This document shows positions 59,874 through 64,000 of a stretch of 64,000 nucleotides of DNA, piece after piece. A program made the position numbers and the translations under genes. The DNA comes from Candidatus Multivoradales bacterium (GTDB lineage Bacteria; Acidobacteriota; Thermoanaerobaculia; Multivoradales; JAHEKO01). The notes below the pieces were generated by a model that was given only the letters and a program-made list of their open reading frames with translations, did not search any database and was not told where the DNA came from. The stretch is taken from the NCBI GenBank assembly GCA_965223155.1, contig CBDCVR010000013.1, positions 800,001 to 864,000 of the forward strand. Reading direction: 5' to 3'. Within the stretch, counting starts at the first letter, position 1. Each line of letters starts with the position of its first letter.

Positions 59874-62800
59874 CTAGGCCCCTCCGTGCTCAATGCAGAG
59901 CTCGTAGTCGCCACGGCCGCTGTAGGACCGAACCTTCCACTTGTAGTAGCCAGCGGTTCCGTTGTACTGGATCGATTCGTCCGAACCGGCATGCGTGGCG
60001 TAAGCCACTCGCTCCCAGGTACCCGCCGAGCCGTTCCACTTGTACAAGTAGAGGTCGAAATCGGTGCCGGCGTCCGCCGAGAGGACGCCGCTCTGAACGC
60101 CTCCGTTGCTGTAGTAGTAGGTGCCGTCCGGCTGCCAGTCATAGTCACCCGAACCGGACAGGTAGCCCGTGTGATGGCTACCAGAGCAGCCTTCGCAGTC
60201 GATCACGATCTCCACCCAATCCAAGCAGAAGAGCTCGTCGGCACCGCCGTACTTGTTGGTCACCCGGAAGCGAATCGTCGTCTCGTCCGAGATGAAGGCT
60301 GAGATGTCGATCGACTCGGTGCCCTCGGCGGAGCCCGAGATGCCGTCAATAACCTGGAGAGTGGTCCAGGTGACGCCGTCGGTGCTGATGTCCAGAGTGA
60401 CTTGGTCGTCGGTGTCCACCGAGTTTCCCGCGATCCAGCGGAAGCTCAGGTTTGCACTGGTGGCGCCAGAGAGGTCGGCCGTACGCTGGACGCTCGGCTG
60501 CGTTCCGGAATCGGGATAGTCGTCCAGGGTCAGCAGCCCGTTGTGTACCTGGGCCTGGCCCGAAGCGGCGCCACCGCCGTTCGGATCCGACTCTTGCCAG
60601 GGTCCTGTCCAGGTCAGGCTGCCGTCGTTCCGCGAGTACGAGCTATCGGTCGAGAACGTGTCTTTGTAGTTGCCATCGACGCAAGAAGTCTCGCAATCGA
60701 TCGCGATGTGAACGTTGTCCACCTTGAAGTTCTCGTCCGTGCCGCCGCCGTAGTTGGCCGCCACGCGGAAGCGAATCCGGGTGTTGGCGGACGCGTAAGC
60801 GGTGATGTCGAAAGTCTTGGTTCCGCTCTGAGCGCCACTGAAACCGGTGAAGTCGTGCAGCGTCGTGTAGGACTGACCGCCGTCGGAGGAAATCTCAGCA
60901 ACCACCCAGTCGGAGGTGTCAACTCCACCGTGGGTCTCCCAGTAGAAGCTCAGCGTCGCGGAAGACGCGTTGGCCAGATTGACCTCGCGCGCGGCGCTCG
61001 GCTGGGTGCCGGTATCGGGATAGTCGTTGAGCACCAGGCGGTTCCAATTGACCGTGACGTTGCCGGCATTGGGACCGGCTCCGGCCACGTCGTTCTCGAT
61101 CCAGCTCGACGCCCAGCTCAAGCTGCCGTCGTTGTTCGAGAAGGACACGGAGTTGAACTCGTCCCGCACCGTACCTGGAACGCACTCGCCGTCCTCAGCC
61201 CGGTAGCCGAAGTCCACGTCCGTCCGATCCTGGCCAGACGCCAGACCGACCGAGGTCGTGTCGTCGAGTGTGCCGTCCAGGTCGAAGGTCTGTTCGAAGC
61301 CCTCGAGGGCGCCGCCAGAGGCGAAGTTGGAGCTGTCGATCTCGACCGTATAGGTACCGGCCTGGAGACCGTCGAAGGTGTAGAAGCCGTTGCTGCCGGT
61401 GGTCTGCATGGTGACACCGCCGGAGCCGTCGATCAGGTTGACCTTGACGCCCGAGATCCCGGGCTCGCCGTCATCCTGAACTCCGTCGCCGTCGAGGTCC
61501 TCCCAGACCCGGTCGCCGATCGAACCCAGCTCGTTGATAACGACCGTGGAGGGATCGCTGTCCGAGACCTGGGTGCCGCCGGCGGTGGTCCCGCTGACCG
61601 AAGCCACGTTGGTAAAGCCAGCCGTGACGTCGGTCACGGTGCAGGTGTAGCCGGTCGAAGCCCCTGCCGCCAGGTCGCCGATCACCTTGTCGCAAACCGG
61701 CGCCAGCGGATCGCTAACGGTTACGCCCGTCAGATCCACGTCGCCGGTGTTGGTCACGACGATCTCGAACGTCACGTCGCTGCCCTCGTTGAAGGTCCGG
61801 CTGTCGGCGCCTTCCGCCTGCTTGCGGATGTCGATCGACGGATCCAGAACCGTAACGGTCGAGGGATCGCTGTCGTTGACTTGCATCCCGTCGGGACCGA
61901 TACCGGTCACCGAGGCGATATTGGTGAACCCGGAAGTGACGTTCTGGACCGTACAGCTATAGCTGAAGGTCGCGCCGGGGCCCAGATCGCCGATGTTGCG
62001 ATCGCAATCGGGCGCCAGCGGATCGGCCACGACCACGTTGCTCAGGGGCACGTTACCGGTGTTGGTCACCACGATGTCGAAGGTCACCGCGCTACCAGAC
62101 TCAAACGAGCGGCTGTCGGGACCCTCCGCCTGCTTGCGAATGTCGATCGATGGCGTCATATCGAGCGGACACAGCGTGCCACCGTGCTTGCTTGAGCCGG
62201 ACAGAACGGTGAAGTCTCCGGAGATGAGGCCTGGACCAATCGGCTGCGAGCAGCTCGTATGGATGGTCGTGTTGAACTGTCCGTCGACGTAGAGATGAAT
62301 ATCGGTACCTACCGTGCCGTCGAAGCTCTGCTTGCTCGAGGGTAGACCGTAAACCGTGAAGATGTCGCCCGGCTCGAGATAGCCCTCGAAGAGGACGTCG
62401 GTTGAACCGCCGCGCTTGCCCTCGACCCGGACCACCCCGGCCGTGTCACCGGTATACATCAAGGTCAGGACGCTGACCTTGCCCTTGCACTCACCGCAGT
62501 CCTGGTAGCCGAAGTCGAGATCCAGCTGAATCTCGCCCGGACCCAGGGAGTAGGTGGTCTGGTTGTCGAGCGTGCCGTCGTAGTCGAAGGTCGGGAAGAA
62601 GCCCGCGGGGAGCGTCGAGGTGTCGATCACGACGGTGTACTCGCCGGGGAGAAGGTTCGTGAACTTGTAGGAACCGTCGCCCTCGGTCGTATCTGTCGCG
62701 ACCTCGTTACCGTCGGCATCCAGAAGCCGCACGATCACGCCGTTGATGCCCGGCTCACCCGCGTCCTGCACACCGTCACCGTCCAGGTCGTTCCAGACCC

Positions 62801-64000
62801 GGTCGCCAAGCTCGCCCAGCGCACGGTAGCCGAAGTCGGCATCGGTGACGACGTCACCCGCGCCCAGTACGACCTGGGTGGAGTGGTCGAGCGTGCCGTC
62901 CCGGTCGAAGGTCTGCTCGAGACCCTCGAGGGGACCACCCGGAGCAACGTTTGACGAGTCGATCTCGACCGTATAGTTGCCCTCCGGCAGGTTGCCAAAG
63001 GTATAGATGCCATCGGCACCGGTGGTCAGCATGGTAACGCCGCCGGAAGAATCGATCAGATTGACCTTGACGCCCGGAATGCCGTTCTCGCCGGCATCCT
63101 GGACGCCGTCACCGTCCAGATCCATCCAGACCCGATCGCCGATCGAGCCCAGACGCTGGTAGCCGAAATCGACGTCGTCACGGGTCTCGCCAGGCATGAG
63201 AGAAATCGTGGTCATGTGGTCGAGCGTGCCGTCCAGATCGAACGTCTGGGACGAGCCGCTCGGCAAGCCGTCGGGCACAACCACGATTGTGTAGTCGCCC
63301 GTCGGCAGGTTCGAGAAGGTGTAGTTGCCATCTCCGGAGGTGACCTGCGTATCGATCACGTCTCCGGTCACAGGATCCACCAGCTGCACGGTCACGCCGT
63401 TGATGCCCGGCTCGCCCGGATCCTGGACACCGTCGCCGTCCAGATCCTCCCAGACCCGGTCGCCGATCGAGCCCAGACGCTGGTAGCCGAAGTCGATGTC
63501 GTCACGATCCGACTCGAGGCCTCCCACGAAACCGATCGAAACGTCAGTGGAACCATCCAGGGTTCCGTCCTGCTCGAACGTCTGCACCACGCCGCTGGGC
63601 AACGTCGTACCGTCGATCATGACGTTGTAGTCACCCGGGGGCAGCGACGTGAAGCTGTAGAAACCGTCGTCGTCGGTGGTCGTATCGGCCACGAAGTTGC
63701 CGTCACCGTCGTAGAGCACGACCCGGACGCCCGGGATCCCGGGCTCCCCGGCATCCTGCACGCCGTCACCGTTGTCGTCGTACCAGACGTAGTCGCCGAT
63801 CGAGCCCGGAGGCACCAGACCGAAGTCATACGTCAGGATGTTGGCATCGACCACCGTGTCGGTAATCGAGCTCGCCGTCGTGTAGCTGTACCCAGAGAGG
63901 GCTCCTTGGTCGATGTAGCCAAAGCTCTCGTCAACGACGTCGGCACCGGCGACCACCACGAGCCGCTCGTAGTCGAGGCCCGCCTGGGTCGTCCCGACAA
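59874..64000 (-). CDS. Large SdrD-B-like repeat protein (5' end outside the window) with DUF11-like domains, two jelly-roll modules and a C-terminal PPC-like domain
   Basis: SdrD-B repeats; IHTSCSQPIG domain; VTFDIVVTNTGNV repeats; terminal GTDFDLYLYKWNG...GYYKWKVRSYSG (pre-peptidase C-terminal-like); frame open to the window edge. Confidence 0.85.
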   Translation of the reverse strand, partial: VGTTQAGLDYERLVVVAGADVVDESFGYIDQGALSGYSYTTASSITDTVVDANILTYDFGLVPPGSIGDYVWYDDNGDGVQDAGEPGIPGVRVVLYDGDGNFVADTTTDDDGFYSFTSLPPGDYNVMIDGTTLPSGVVQTFEQDGTLDGSTDVSIGFVGGLESDRDDIDFGYQRLGSIGDRVWEDLDGDGVQDPGEPGINGVTVQLVDPVTGDVIDTQVTSGDGNYTFSNLPTGDYTIVVVPDGLPSGSSQTFDLDGTLDHMTTISLMPGETRDDVDFGYQRLGSIGDRVWMDLDGDGVQDAGENGIPGVKVNLIDSSGGVTMLTTGADGIYTFGNLPEGNYTVEIDSSNVAPGGPLEGLEQTFDRDGTLDHSTQVVLGAGDVVTDADFGYRALGELGDRVWNDLDGDGVQDAGEPGINGVIVRLLDADGNEVATDTTEGDGSYKFTNLLPGEYTVVIDTSTLPAGFFPTFDYDGTLDNQTTYSLGPGEIQLDLDFGYQDCGECKGKVSVLTLMYTGDTAGVVRVEGKRGGSTDVLFEGYLEPGDIFTVYGLPSSKQSFDGTVGTDIHLYVDGQFNTTIHTSCSQPIGPGLISGDFTVLSGSSKHGGTLCPLDMTPSIDIRKQAEGPDSRSFESGSAVTFDIVVTNTGNVPLSNVVVADPLAPDCDRNIGDLGPGATFSYSCTVQNVTSGFTNIASVTGIGPDGMQVNDSDPSTVTVLDPSIDIRKQAEGADSRTFNEGSDVTFEIVVTNTGDVDLTGVTVSDPLAPVCDKVIGDLAAGASTGYTCTVTDVTAGFTNVASVSGTTAGGTQVSDSDPSTVVINELGSIGDRVWEDLDGDGVQDDGEPGISGVKVNLIDGSGGVTMQTTGSNGFYTFDGLQAGTYTVEIDSSNFASGGALEGFEQTFDLDGTLDDTTSVGLASGQDRTDVDFGYRAEDGECVPGTVRDEFNSVSFSNNDGSLSWASSWIENDVAGAGPNAGNVTVNWNRLVLNDYPDTGTQPSAAREVNLANASSATLSFYWETHGGVDTSDWVVAEISSDGGQSYTTLHDFTGFSGAQSGTKTFDITAYASANTRIRFRVAANYGGGTDENFKVDNVHIAIDCETSCVDGNYKDTFSTDSSYSRNDGSLTWTGPWQESDPNGGGAASGQAQVHNGLLTLDDYPDSGTQPSVQRTADLSGATSANLSFRWIAGNSVDTDDQVTLDISTDGVTWTTLQVIDGISGSAEGTESIDISAFISDETTIRFRVTNKYGGADELFCLDWVEIVIDCEGCSGSHHTGYLSGSGDYDWQPDGTYYYSNGGVQSGVLSADAGTDFDLYLYKWNGSAGTWERVAYATHAGSDESIQYNGTAGYYKWKVRSYSGRGDYELCIEHGGA
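63158..64000. repeat. Near-identical direct repeat, copy B (runs to the window end)
   Basis: Matches 55771..56613. Confidence 0.92.

Noticed and set aside
59579-60295. 238-aa plus-strand ORF containing the duplicated GspG-like motif
   Set aside because: Chance open frame through the pseudogene fragment, running antisense to the SdrD gene

Overview
GC-rich bacterial window; gene content suggests Acidobacteriota (an inference). A housekeeping core at about 17-50 kb (L,D-transpeptidase, ECF sigma operon, korAB with nuoB/CD/I, xerD, leuA/leuB-like, coaD, tsaC, recN, Crp) is flanked by two accessory loci on the minus strand with the same layout: very large, acidic, secreted SdrD-B/DUF11 repeat proteins upstream of a lasso-peptide-type RiPP cassette (precursor with YxxPxL...G...TL|G1...D8, asparagine-synthetase-like cyclase, HPr-kinase-like P-loop kinase). 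In locus 1 (3.8-17 kb) the precursor start codon overlaps the stop codon of a 2754-aa adhesin ending in a gingipain/PorU-like C25 cysteine peptidase. Neither cassette encodes the usual B2 leader peptidase, and only locus 2 has a PqqD/RRE. The adhesin genes also show near-identical shared tracts, nested domain insertions and a pseudogene scar of tandem duplication. No rRNA, tRNA, CRISPR array or IS element was recognised. All product calls come from motif recognition by eye, not from database searches.
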